Below are positions 19,335 through 28,689 of a DNA stretch of 64,000 nucleotides, piece by piece. The position numbers and the translations under genes are program-made. The number at the start of each line of letters is the position of its first letter. Positions within the stretch are counted from its first letter, which is position 1. The DNA is from Phenylobacterium sp. (GTDB lineage Bacteria > Pseudomonadota > Alphaproteobacteria > Caulobacterales > Caulobacteraceae), in assembly GCA_040391295.1 (NCBI GenBank), contig JBEBYB010000006.1:16-64015 (forward strand). The letters are read 5' to 3'. The notes under the pieces are model-generated. The model did no database searches, was not told the DNA's origin, and saw nothing but the letters and a program-made list of their open reading frames with translations.

Positions 19335-20777
19335 ATGGAACACCAAACACCCACGGTTTACGAATGGAGCATGGCCGATCACCCTGACCACCAACCGACT
19401 CGCATCCTAGTCCCGGCCGGCGCGCTGGGATCCGGCGTCCGCGCCGATGAACTAGAGGCGGGTCTGGCGCTCGCTCCCCACGCCATCGCCTTGGACGCCG
19501 GTTCGACCGACAGCGGCCCCGCCTATCTGGCCAGCGGAACGTCGAAATACAGCCGCCAAGCGGTGAAGCGCGACCTGGGCCTGCTGATGAGCGCGCGCCA
19601 GAAGGCCGGGATTCCGCTGCTGATCGGATCGTGCGGCACCTCTGGCTGCGACATGGCGCTCGACTGGACGCTCGATATCGTCGTCGAACTGGCGCGGGAA
19701 CAGAGATCGTCGCCGCGCATCGCCGTCCTCTATTCAGAACAGGACAAGGCGCTGCTCAAAGCCAAGGTCGCCGCCGGCGCGGTCCGCCCGCTCGCGCCGA
19801 TGGGCGCTCTGGACGACGCCGCACTCGACGCCTGTACTCACATCGTCGCCCTGCTGGGACCCGAGCCCTACATCACCGCCGTGGAACAGGGGGCCGACAT
19901 CGTACTGGGTGGCCGGACGACCGACACTGCGGTGCTGGCCGCCGTGGCCCTGATGCGCGGCGAACACGTTGGCGCGGCCTGGCACGCCGCCAAGATCGCC
20001 GAGTGCGGCGGGCTGTGCACGCTCAACCCCACCAGTCCGGGGGTGATGATGAGCGTCGATCGCGAGGGTTTCAGCATCTTCCCGTTGTCGCCCGCCAACG
20101 GCTGCACGCCTCAGACCGTCTCGGCCCATATGCTCTACGAGAACAGCGACCCCTTCCGCCTCGTTGAGCCAGGCGGCGTGCTTGACGTGACCGACGCTCA
20201 CTATGTAGCGCTGGATGAGCGCAGCGTCCGGGTCACGGGCTCACGTTGGGAGCCGGCCCCCTACACCATGAAGCTGGAAGGGGCCGGCGGCGGGCCGTTC
20301 CAGACCGTCATGTTGGTCGGCATCGAGGACCCGGCGGTGCTGGTCGACGTGGACGGCTTCCTCGCCCGCATGTCCCACGCGCTTAGACGCAAGGTCGAGC
20401 GCACCTTAGGCGCGCAGGTGCAGGGCGCCGACATCTCGCTGCGCCCCTATGGCTGGAACGCGGTCTCCGGCCGGACCCCGCCTGAAGGCACGAGGCCGCC
20501 GCGCGAGATCGGGTTGCTGTTCGTGGCCACGGCGGCAACCCAGGCCCTGGCCACAGAGATCGCCAAGGTCTGCAATCCGATGTTCTTCCACTTCCCGGTC
20601 CGCGAGGGCAAGGAACTCCCCAGCTACGCCTTCCCCTTCTCGCCGGCTGAAATCGAGCGGGGTCAGGTGTTCGAGTTCCACCTCAACCATGTGGTCGAGA
20701 CGGCCTCCCCGTTCGAGTTGATGCGAACGCGGTGGGTGGACGTCGCCACTCAGACCGGAGCCCTGGCCGATGCCTAA
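19335..20777 (+). CDS. DUF1446 (AtuA-like) family protein, assignment tentative
   Basis: 480 aa. Assigned mainly from its size and its overlapping DUF4387 partner gene. The N-terminal motif differs from the DUF1446 sequences I remember. Confidence 0.6.
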   Translation: MEHQTPTVYEWSMADHPDHQPTRILVPAGALGSGVRADELEAGLALAPHAIALDAGSTDSGPAYLASGTSKYSRQAVKRDLGLLMSARQKAGIPLLIGSCGTSGCDMALDWTLDIVVELAREQRSSPRIAVLYSEQDKALLKAKVAAGAVRPLAPMGALDDAALDACTHIVALLGPEPYITAVEQGADIVLGGRTTDTAVLAAVALMRGEHVGAAWHAAKIAECGGLCTLNPTSPGVMMSVDREGFSIFPLSPANGCTPQTVSAHMLYENSDPFRLVEPGGVLDVTDAHYVALDERSVRVTGSRWEPAPYTMKLEGAGGGPFQTVMLVGIEDPAVLVDVDGFLARMSHALRRKVERTLGAQVQGADISLRPYGWNAVSGRTPPEGTRPPREIGLLFVATAATQALATEIAKVCNPMFFHFPVREGKELPSYAFPFSPAEIERGQVFEFHLNHVVETASPFELMRTRWVDVATQTGALADA

Positions 20778-21078
20778 GCTGAATGACGTCTGCCGCTATG
20801 TGCGTTCCAAGAACGCAGGACCATTCTGGGTGACGATCGATCTCTTCTTCGATGGTCCCGAGGCCTATGCGCGGCACAGCGATGATCCGGCGATTTCAGC
20901 CGACGCCGTGGCCGCGCTCTACGGGGTCGAGACGAAGGATGTCCGGCGCTTCAAGGTCGATACCCTGAACGTCGTCAAGATCTCGATCCCCCGCAGCCAG
21001 CCGCAAGGCGGAGTGCTCGAACGCGACATGCACAGCGGCCAGCAGTTCGTCCCGATGCTCGACATCGTGCTCAGATAG
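20770..21078 (+). CDS. DUF4387 family protein
   Basis: 102 aa. VRSKNAGPFWVTIDLFF and HSGQQFVPMLDI match the remembered DUF4387 signature (IRSKNAGPF...GAQQH.PLL). 8-nt overlap with the upstream gene. Confidence 0.72.
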   Translation: MPKLNDVCRYVRSKNAGPFWVTIDLFFDGPEAYARHSDDPAISADAVAALYGVETKDVRRFKVDTLNVVKISIPRSQPQGGVLERDMHSGQQFVPMLDIVLR

Positions 21079-21120
21079 CCAGGACCACGGCGGGCCCCCT
21101 CGCCTTCGACATGTTCCGCC

Positions 21121-21159
21121 CAAAAGAAAGCGGCCTGGGGGTACGCACCCCAGGCCGCT
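21121..21159 (-). terminator. intrinsic terminator of aceA
   Basis: 12-bp stem AGCGGCCTGGGG (21129-21140) / CCCCAGGCCGCT (21148-21159). On the minus strand it is followed by TTCTTTTG (21128-21121). Confidence 0.7.
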
Positions 21160-21188
21160 CTGTCGTTCTAGTCGATGGTCAGTTCGAT

Positions 21189-22781
21189 TTAGGCGAACTG
21201 GTTCATCGTGTTGTGCGCGCCGCCGGCCTTCAGGGCCGCTTCACCGGCGAAGTATTCCTTGTGGTCGTCACCCATGTCGGAGCCCGACATGTTCTGGTGC
21301 TTCACGCAGGCGATACCCTCGCGGATTTCCTTGCGCTGGACGCCCTTCACGTAGCCGAGCATGCCTTGCGAACCGAAGTATTCCTTCGCCAGGTTGTCGG
21401 TCGACAGCGCGGCCGTGTGATAGGTCGGCAGCGTGATCAGGTGGTGGAAGATGCCAGCGCGCTTGGCGCCGTCAGCCTGGAAGGTGCGGATGCGCTCGTC
21501 GGCTTCGTCGGCCAGATCGGTGCCGTCGTAGTCAACGCTCATCAGCTTGTCGCGGTCATAGGCCGAGACGTCCTTGCCCGCCGCCTGGTAGGCGTCGAAC
21601 ACCTGCTGGCGGAAGTTCAGGGTCCAGTTGAAGGACGGCGAGTTGTTGTAGACCAGCTTGGCGTCCGGGATCACTTCGCGAACGCGATCCATCATGCCGG
21701 CGATCTGCTCGACGTGCGGCTTTTCGGTTTCGATCCACAGCAGGTCGGCGCCGTTTTGCAGCGAGGTGATGCTGTCCAGGACGCAACGGTCTTCGCCGGT
21801 GCCTTCACGGAACTGGAAGAGGTTCGACGGCAGACGCTTCGGACGCAGCAGCTTGCCGGCGCGGTTGATGATCACGTCGCCGTTCTTCAGGTCGGCCGGC
21901 GAGATTTCTTCGCAATCCAGGAAGCTGTTGTACTGGTCGCCCAGGTCGCCCGGAGTGTGGCTGACGGCGATCTGCTTGGTCAGGCCGGCGCCCAGCGAGT
22001 CGGTGCGGGTGACGATGATGCCGTTCTCGACGCCCAGCTCGAGGAAGGCGTAGCGGCAAGCGCGCACCTTGGCGAGGAAGTCGTCATGCGGAACGGTGAC
22101 CTTGCCGTCCTGGTGGCCGCACTGCTTTTCGTCGGACACCTGGTTTTCGATCTGCAGGGCGCAGGCGCCGGCTTCGATCATCTTCTTGGCCAGCAGGTAG
22201 GTCGCTTCGGCGTTACCGAAACCGGCGTCGATGTCGGCGATGACCGGAACGACGTGGGTTTGATAGTTGTCGACGGCTTCGAGGAGCTTAGCTTCCTTGG
22301 CCTTGTCGCCAGCTTCGCGGGCGGCGTCGATGTCGCGGAACATGCCGCCGAGCTCACGGGCGTCAGCCTGACGCAGGAAGGTGTACAGCTCTTCGATCAG
22401 GGCCGGCACGGAGGTCTTCTCGTGCATCGACTGGTCCGGCAGCGGGCCGAATTCCGAACGCAGGGCGGCGACCATCCAGCCCGACAGGTAGAGGTAGCGG
22501 CGATCGGTGGTGCCGAAGTGCTTCTTGATCGAGATCAACTTTTGTTGGCCGATGAAGCCGTGCCAGCAGCCCAGCGACTGAGTGTACTTGGACGTGTCGG
22601 CGTCATAGCCGGCCATGTCCTTGCGCATGATGTCGGCGGTGTAGCGCGCGATTTCCAGGCCGGTCTTGAAACGGTTCTGGAGACGCATGCGAGCCACGGA
22701 CTCGGCGTCGATGCCGCTCCAGGGGCCCTTCTTGCTCTCAATGAGCTGGCTCATCTGAATGATGTGGTCTTGATACGACAT
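21189..22781 (-). CDS. aceA: isocitrate lyase (long, ~530-aa form)
   Basis: 530 aa with an MSYQDHI... N-terminus, the catalytic loop variant SDEKQCGHQDGK (KKCGH-type) and overall ICL-family sequence. Confidence 0.96.
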   Translation of the reverse strand: MSYQDHIIQMSQLIESKKGPWSGIDAESVARMRLQNRFKTGLEIARYTADIMRKDMAGYDADTSKYTQSLGCWHGFIGQQKLISIKKHFGTTDRRYLYLSGWMVAALRSEFGPLPDQSMHEKTSVPALIEELYTFLRQADARELGGMFRDIDAAREAGDKAKEAKLLEAVDNYQTHVVPVIADIDAGFGNAEATYLLAKKMIEAGACALQIENQVSDEKQCGHQDGKVTVPHDDFLAKVRACRYAFLELGVENGIIVTRTDSLGAGLTKQIAVSHTPGDLGDQYNSFLDCEEISPADLKNGDVIINRAGKLLRPKRLPSNLFQFREGTGEDRCVLDSITSLQNGADLLWIETEKPHVEQIAGMMDRVREVIPDAKLVYNNSPSFNWTLNFRQQVFDAYQAAGKDVSAYDRDKLMSVDYDGTDLADEADERIRTFQADGAKRAGIFHHLITLPTYHTAALSTDNLAKEYFGSQGMLGYVKGVQRKEIREGIACVKHQNMSGSDMGDDHKEYFAGEAALKAGGAHNTMNQFA

Positions 22782-22886
22782 GTGCCTCTTCCGCTTTCGG
22801 CCGGGGGAAACTGAGGGCCCGGTACTTGGCTGGCGACGTACAGCGCGATTTGCGGCGTGTGGAGTCGGTGCGAGGTGCGGATGTCA

Positions 22887-22930
22887 AACTTTACACACAT
22901 CCCTTGTGGTGATGTAAGAACTCTACACAC
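22887..22930 (+). promoter_or_regulatory. 12-nt direct repeat AACTyTACACAC x2 in the aceA / regulator divergent spacer
   Basis: AACTTTACACAC (22887-22898) and AACTCTACACAC (22919-22930), 32 bp apart, in a locally AT-richer stretch. Confidence 0.35.
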
Positions 22931-22944
22931 TACGGAGTCTAGAA

Positions 22945-24363
22945 ATGCTGCCGGAACGCCGCCTCTATGTGGGGCCGAGCCTTAGACGGCTTCGTCGCGA
23001 CCACGGCCTCACCCAGGCCGACATGGCCGCCGACCTCGACGTCTCGGCGTCCTACATCGCCCTACTGGAACGCAATCATCGCCCGCTCAGCGCCGAGATG
23101 CTGCTGCGCCTGTCCCAGACCTACAAGATGGACATGGCGGCCTTGGCCGGCGACGGCGGCTCGGACGAAGCCGTCCGCCTGCAGGCGATCCTGAAGGACC
23201 CGATGTTCACCGACATCGACCTCCCCGCCCTGGAGACCGCCGACGTCACCACCAACTTCCCCGGGATCACCGAAGCCCTGCTGCGGCTCTACACGGCCTA
23301 TCAGGAGGAGCAGTTGGCGCTGGCCGACCGAGGCGCCGAGGCGCTGGCGACGGGCGGGCGGGGCTCGGACGCCCCGGACCCGGTCGCCGAGTCGCGGCGG
23401 TTTCTGGCCGCCCGGCGCAACAGCTTCCCCAGCCTGGACGACGCCGCCGAACGGCTGGCCCAGGCCGTCAGCAACCATGACAACATCGTCGGCTACCTGA
23501 AGGCGCGTCACAACCTGCGGGTCCGGCGCCTGCCGTCGAACGTGATGGTCGGCTCGATCCGCAGGCTCGACCGACACCGTAAGGAAATCCTGCTGGACGA
23601 CGGCCTGGACACCGCCAGCCAACTCTTCCAGCTGGCGCTGCAACTCGCCTATCTGGAGATGCGCGACGACATCGACTCGGTCGCCGACGAGGGCACGTTC
23701 GCGACCGAGAGCGGCGAGCGCCTGACCCGGCGCGCCCTGGCCAGCTACGCCGCCGCCGCCCTGTTGATGCCCTACACCGCCTTCGCCAAGGCGGCCGAGG
23801 CGCGGCGTTACGACGTCGAGGCCCTGGGGCGCCAGTTCAGCGCCAGCTTCGAGCAGACCGCCCACCGGCTGACCACCCTGCAGAAGCCTGGCCAGGAACG
23901 CGTGCCGTTCTTCTTCATCCGGGTCGATCCGGCCGGCAACGTCTCCAAGCGGCTCGACGGCGCGGGCTTCCCGTTCGCCCGCCACGGCGGCGGCTGCCCG
24001 CTGTGGTCGGTGCACCAGGCGTTCAAGACCCCGCGCGAGATCGTCACCCAGTGGCTGGAGCTGCCGGACGGCCAGCGGTTCTTCTCGATCGCCCGCACGG
24101 TGACGGCCGGCGGCGGGGCTTACGGCGCGCTGAAGGTGGAGCGCGCCATCGCGCTCGGCTGCGCGGCCGAGCATGCTCACCGCCTGATCTACACCCAGGA
24201 TCGCCCAGGGTTCGGGCCGGAGACCGCGACCCCGATCGGTGTCACCTGCCGGCTCTGTCACCGCACCGAATGCACCGCCCGATCGGCCCCCCCGATCGGC
24301 CGCCAGATCCTCTCCGACGACATCCGCCGCACCAGTGCGCCGTTCGGGTTTTCGGACAGCTGA
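22945..24363 (+). CDS. XRE-HTH / ImmA-like short-chain fatty acyl-CoA regulator family protein (ScfR/RamB/PrpR-like)
   Basis: 472 aa. N-terminal XRE HTH (LRRLRRDHGLTQADMAADLDVSASYIALLERNHRP), a central DUF955-like region and a C-terminal Cys cluster (GGGCPLW...CRLCHRTEC). Sits between aceA and glcB. Confidence 0.82.
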   Translation: MLPERRLYVGPSLRRLRRDHGLTQADMAADLDVSASYIALLERNHRPLSAEMLLRLSQTYKMDMAALAGDGGSDEAVRLQAILKDPMFTDIDLPALETADVTTNFPGITEALLRLYTAYQEEQLALADRGAEALATGGRGSDAPDPVAESRRFLAARRNSFPSLDDAAERLAQAVSNHDNIVGYLKARHNLRVRRLPSNVMVGSIRRLDRHRKEILLDDGLDTASQLFQLALQLAYLEMRDDIDSVADEGTFATESGERLTRRALASYAAAALLMPYTAFAKAAEARRYDVEALGRQFSASFEQTAHRLTTLQKPGQERVPFFFIRVDPAGNVSKRLDGAGFPFARHGGGCPLWSVHQAFKTPREIVTQWLELPDGQRFFSIARTVTAGGGAYGALKVERAIALGCAAEHAHRLIYTQDRPGFGPETATPIGVTCRLCHRTECTARSAPPIGRQILSDDIRRTSAPFGFSDS

Positions 24364-24512
24364 CCGTCGCGAAACAGACGGGGCCGAACTCGCCTGACGC
24401 AGATTAGGGGCTTCAAAGCGACGCGCTTCCGTGCAGTAAAGCCCCCTGCACGATTGGTCCGTCGCCGGCGCGGCGGGCTGTAGGACGCTTTTATTGAGAG
24501 CCCAGTACGCAA

Positions 24513-26663
24513 ATGGACATCAGCAACGCCCTCACGGTCGACAACATCCTGCACGCCTTTGTGGAGGGCGAACTGCTGCCGGGAACCGGTGTAGATCCCG
24601 CCGCATTCTGGGCGGCGCTGGAGCAGATCCTGGCGGATTTCACGCCGCGCAACACCGAGCTGTTGGCCAAGCGTGATAGCTTGCAAACTCAAATAGATGC
24701 GTGGTGGAGTGAACGTCGCGGCCGCCCGGTGGATGTGGCTGAGCAGATCGCCTTCCTCCGTGAAATCGGCTATCTTCTGCCTGAACCCGCGGCCTTCCAG
24801 ATTACGACGACGAACGTCGACCCGGAGATCGCAAAGCTGGCCGGACCGCAGCTCGTCGTGCCAGTTTCGAACGGCCGGTTTGCCCTGAACGCGGCGAACG
24901 CGCGCTGGGGCAGCCTCTATGACGCGCTCTATGGCACCGACGCCCTGGCTCCGCCGACCGGCGCCAAGGGCTATGACACCGAGCGCGGCGACAAGGTCAT
25001 CGCTTTTGCGCGCGCCTTCCTCGACCGCGTCGCGCCGCTCTCGACCGGCTCCCACGTGGACGCGACCTCCTACACCGTGGTGAACAGCGCGCTCGTCGTC
25101 GCCCTGAGCAATGGCCGGAGCGCGACCCTCGCGACCCCGGCCCAGTTCATCGGCTGGCGCGGCGGCGCGGAAGCCCCTGACGGCGTCCTGCTGCGTCACA
25201 ACAGCCTGCATCTCGAGATCCAGATCGACCGTCAGCATTCGATCGGCAAGGACGACGCCGCCGGCGTCGCCGACGTGCTGGTCGAGGCGGCGCTCACCAC
25301 TATCCAGGACTGCGAAGACTCGGTCGCGGCGGTGGACGCTGAGGATAAGGCCGGCGTCTATCGCAACTGGCTGGGCCTGATGCGCGGCGACCTCTCGGCC
25401 AGCTTCGCCAAGGGCGGCCGCACCGAGACTCGCCGCCTGGACGATGATCGGCGCTACAGCGCCGCGAGCGGCGGCGACCTGACACTACGCGGGCGCAGCC
25501 TGATGCTGGTGCGCAATGTCGGCCACCACATGACGACGGACGCCGTGCGCTACAACGGCCAGCCGGTCTTCGAGACCGCCGTCGACGCCCTGATCACCGT
25601 CACCGCCGCGCTGCATGACCTGAAGGGCGGCCGCCTCAACAGTCCGGCCGGCTCGGTCTATGTCGTGAAGCCGAAGATGCACGGCCCTGACGAAGTCGCC
25701 CTGGCCGTGCGCCTGTTCGACCTGGTCGAGGACGCGCTGGGCCTGGAGCGCAACACCGTCAAGCTCGGCGTGATGGATGAAGAGCGCCGCACCAGCGCCA
25801 ACCTGGCGGCCTGCATCCACGCCGCGCGGGACCGGATCGTGTTCATCAACACCGGCTTCCTCGACCGCACCGGCGACGAGATTCACACCGCCATGGAAGC
25901 CGGCCCGATCGTTCGCAAGGACGCCATCAAGGCCGAGCCCTGGCTGCCGGCCTATGAGAAGCGCAACGTCGAGATCGGCCTGGCCGCCGGCTTCCCCGGC
26001 CGCGCCCAGATCGGCAAGGGCATGTGGGCGGCGCCCGACATGATGCAGGCCATGATGGCCGCCAAGATCGGCCACCCCAAGGCCGGCGCCAACACCGCCT
26101 GGGTCCCCTCGCCCACCGCCGCCGTGCTGCACGCGCTGCATTACCACGAAGTCGACGTGCCGGCGCTTCAGGCGTCGATGAGCACGGCCGGCGCCACCGG
26201 CCTGGACGACCTGCTCACCCCGCCGCTGGCCCATTCGAACTGGAACGCCGCCGACATCCAGGAAGAGCTGAACAACAACGCCCAGGGCATCCTTGGCTAT
26301 GTGGTCCGCTGGATCGACCAGGGCGTCGGCTGTTCGAAGGTCCCGGACATCCACGATGTGGGCCTGATGGAGGACCGCGCGACCCTGCGGATCTCCAGCC
26401 AGCACATCGCCAACTGGCTGCACCACGGGATCTGCACCGAAGAACAGGTCCGCGAAACCTTCGGCCGCATGGCCAAGGTCGTCGACGGCCAGAACGCCAG
26501 CGATCCGCTCTACCAGACGATGGCGACCGATCCGGCCGCCAGCATCGCCTATCAAGCCGCGCTGGAACTGGTCTTCGAGGGCCGGGCGCAGCCGAACGGC
26601 TATACCGAGCACATCCTGCAGCGCCGGCGTCGCGACCGTAAGGCCGAACTCGCCGCCGGCTGA
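24513..26663 (+). CDS. glcB: malate synthase G
   Basis: 716 aa. Full-length similarity to GlcB as recalled, with a typical MSG length. Confidence 0.95.
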   Translation: MDISNALTVDNILHAFVEGELLPGTGVDPAAFWAALEQILADFTPRNTELLAKRDSLQTQIDAWWSERRGRPVDVAEQIAFLREIGYLLPEPAAFQITTTNVDPEIAKLAGPQLVVPVSNGRFALNAANARWGSLYDALYGTDALAPPTGAKGYDTERGDKVIAFARAFLDRVAPLSTGSHVDATSYTVVNSALVVALSNGRSATLATPAQFIGWRGGAEAPDGVLLRHNSLHLEIQIDRQHSIGKDDAAGVADVLVEAALTTIQDCEDSVAAVDAEDKAGVYRNWLGLMRGDLSASFAKGGRTETRRLDDDRRYSAASGGDLTLRGRSLMLVRNVGHHMTTDAVRYNGQPVFETAVDALITVTAALHDLKGGRLNSPAGSVYVVKPKMHGPDEVALAVRLFDLVEDALGLERNTVKLGVMDEERRTSANLAACIHAARDRIVFINTGFLDRTGDEIHTAMEAGPIVRKDAIKAEPWLPAYEKRNVEIGLAAGFPGRAQIGKGMWAAPDMMQAMMAAKIGHPKAGANTAWVPSPTAAVLHALHYHEVDVPALQASMSTAGATGLDDLLTPPLAHSNWNAADIQEELNNNAQGILGYVVRWIDQGVGCSKVPDIHDVGLMEDRATLRISSQHIANWLHHGICTEEQVRETFGRMAKVVDGQNASDPLYQTMATDPAASIAYQAALELVFEGRAQPNGYTEHILQRRRRDRKAELAAG

Positions 26664-26907
26664 GGCCGGGACGCGCGCGCGTCGGAGCGCGCCCGTCGCC
26701 AACCGGGCATCCAAGTGTCGCCGCGAAGTGACAATCAGTTACCGAAATGCAAGCCAGGCGATCATTCTGGCCAAGAAATGTATTGGCTGACGGTCCGAAC
26801 CGGTCCTACCATCCTTTCAGAACGCTGCGTCGCGGTAGGCAAGCCTGCTTTTATTGGCCCTCGTCTGCGCATCCGCGAGAGAACGGCGTCTGTGGAAGGA
26901 AGCCGTT

Positions 26908-28689
26908 GTGCAGCGCACCAGTACCGAGGGGCCTGACTACTTTCATAAAGTTGTCGATTGCCAGTGGGCATGTCCTGCCCACACGCCGGTTCCAGAATAT
27001 ATACGCCTGATCGCCGAAGGCCGATACTCCGACGCCTACATGGTCAACTGGAAGTCGAACGTCTTTCCGGGGATTCTCGGGCGGACCTGCGACCGCCCTT
27101 GCGAACCCGCCTGCCGGCGCGGCCGGGTTGAAGACGAGCCGGTCGCCATCTGCCGGTTGAAGCGCGTCGCCGCCGACAACAAGGGCGACATCACGGCCAG
27201 GCTGCCCGCGCCGCTGGCGGTGTCGAACGGCAAGCGGATCGCCCTGGTGGGCGCCGGCCCGGCTTCTCTCACCGTCGCCCGCGACCTCGCCCCTCTGGGG
27301 TACGAACTGACCCTGTTCGACGGCGAGACCAAGTCCGGCGGTATGATCCGCAGCCAGATCCCCCGCTTCCGCCTACCCGAAGAAGTCATCGACGAGGAGG
27401 TCGGCTACATCACCGGCCTGGGGATGGAGGTCCGGCTGGGCGAACGCATCGACAGCCTGAAAGCCCTGCTGGCCGAGGGCTATGACGCCGTCTTCGTCGG
27501 CTCCGGCGCGCCGCGCGGCCGCGACCTGGACCTGCCGGGCCGGCAGGAGGCCGCAGCCAATATCCACATCGGCATCGACTGGCTCTCCAACGTCTCGTTC
27601 GAACACGTCGACAAGATCGGCAAGCGGGTCATCGTGCTCGGCGGCGGCAACACCGCCATGGACTGCTGCCGGACCTCGCGCCGGCTGGGCGGCGAGGACG
27701 TCAAGGTCATCGTCCGTTCCGGCTTCGAGGAAATGAAAGCCTCGCCTTGGGAAAAGGAAGACGCGATCCACGAGGATATCCCGATCCTCAACTATCTGGT
27801 CCCTAAGGCCTTCACCCACGAAAACGGCAAACTGACCGGCGTCACCTTCCAGAAGGTCCGCCCCGAGTTCGACGACAAGGGGCGGCGCAAGCTGGTCCCG
27901 TCAGGCGAACCCGACCAGCATTTCGAATGCGACGACATCCTGATCGCGGTTGGGCAGGAGAACGCCTTCCCTTGGATCGAGCGGGACATCGGCCTGCAGT
28001 TCGACGAATGGGGCATGCCCCAGGTCGATCCCCTCTCCTTCCAGTCCACGGCGTCGAACGTCTTTTTCGGGGGCGACGCGGCCTTTGGCCCGAAGAACAT
28101 CATCTGGGCCGTGGCGCACGGCCACGATGCGGCGATCTCCATCGACCAGTTCTGCAAAGGCGAGGACGTGGCCATACGCCCGCCGCCCATGACCACCCTG
28201 GTCAGCCAGAAGATGGGCATCCACGAGTGGAGCTATGACAACGATCCGGCCAATGACGGCCGCTACAAGGTGCCGCTGCGCGGCAAGGCCGAGGCGCTGA
28301 AGGATGTGCGGCTTGAGGTCGAACTCGGCTTCGCCCGTGAGATGGCCTACCGCGAGACCCAGCGCTGCCTCAACTGCGACGTCCAGACCGTGTTCGCCGA
28401 GGCCGCCTGCATCGAGTGCGACGCCTGCGTCGATATCTGCCCGGTGGACTGCATCACCTTCACGCCAAACGGCGACGAGGAGGACCTGCGCAGTCGCCTC
28501 AGCGCCCCGGCGCTCAACGCCGATCAGGCCCTGATGGTCTCGGGAGAACTCAAGACCGGCCGGGTGATGGTGAAGGACGAGGACGTCTGCCTGCACTGCG
28601 GCCTCTGCGCCGAGCGTTGCCCGACCGGGGCCTGGGACATGCAGAAGTTCCTGTTGGAAATGACCCACGCGGGGGGATCATGCCGCTAG
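26908..28689 (+). CDS. GltD-like NAD(P)H-dependent Fe-S flavoprotein fused to a 2x[4Fe-4S] ferredoxin domain
   Basis: GTG 26908 is preceded by GGAAGGAAG (the track's TTG 26854 is an alternative). N-terminal Cys cluster, VGAGPASL and VLGGGNTAMD dinucleotide folds. C-terminal CIECDACVDICP and CLHCGLCAERCP. Confidence 0.85.
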   Translation: MQRTSTEGPDYFHKVVDCQWACPAHTPVPEYIRLIAEGRYSDAYMVNWKSNVFPGILGRTCDRPCEPACRRGRVEDEPVAICRLKRVAADNKGDITARLPAPLAVSNGKRIALVGAGPASLTVARDLAPLGYELTLFDGETKSGGMIRSQIPRFRLPEEVIDEEVGYITGLGMEVRLGERIDSLKALLAEGYDAVFVGSGAPRGRDLDLPGRQEAAANIHIGIDWLSNVSFEHVDKIGKRVIVLGGGNTAMDCCRTSRRLGGEDVKVIVRSGFEEMKASPWEKEDAIHEDIPILNYLVPKAFTHENGKLTGVTFQKVRPEFDDKGRRKLVPSGEPDQHFECDDILIAVGQENAFPWIERDIGLQFDEWGMPQVDPLSFQSTASNVFFGGDAAFGPKNIIWAVAHGHDAAISIDQFCKGEDVAIRPPPMTTLVSQKMGIHEWSYDNDPANDGRYKVPLRGKAEALKDVRLEVELGFAREMAYRETQRCLNCDVQTVFAEAACIECDACVDICPVDCITFTPNGDEEDLRSRLSAPALNADQALMVSGELKTGRVMVKDEDVCLHCGLCAERCPTGAWDMQKFLLEMTHAGGSCR

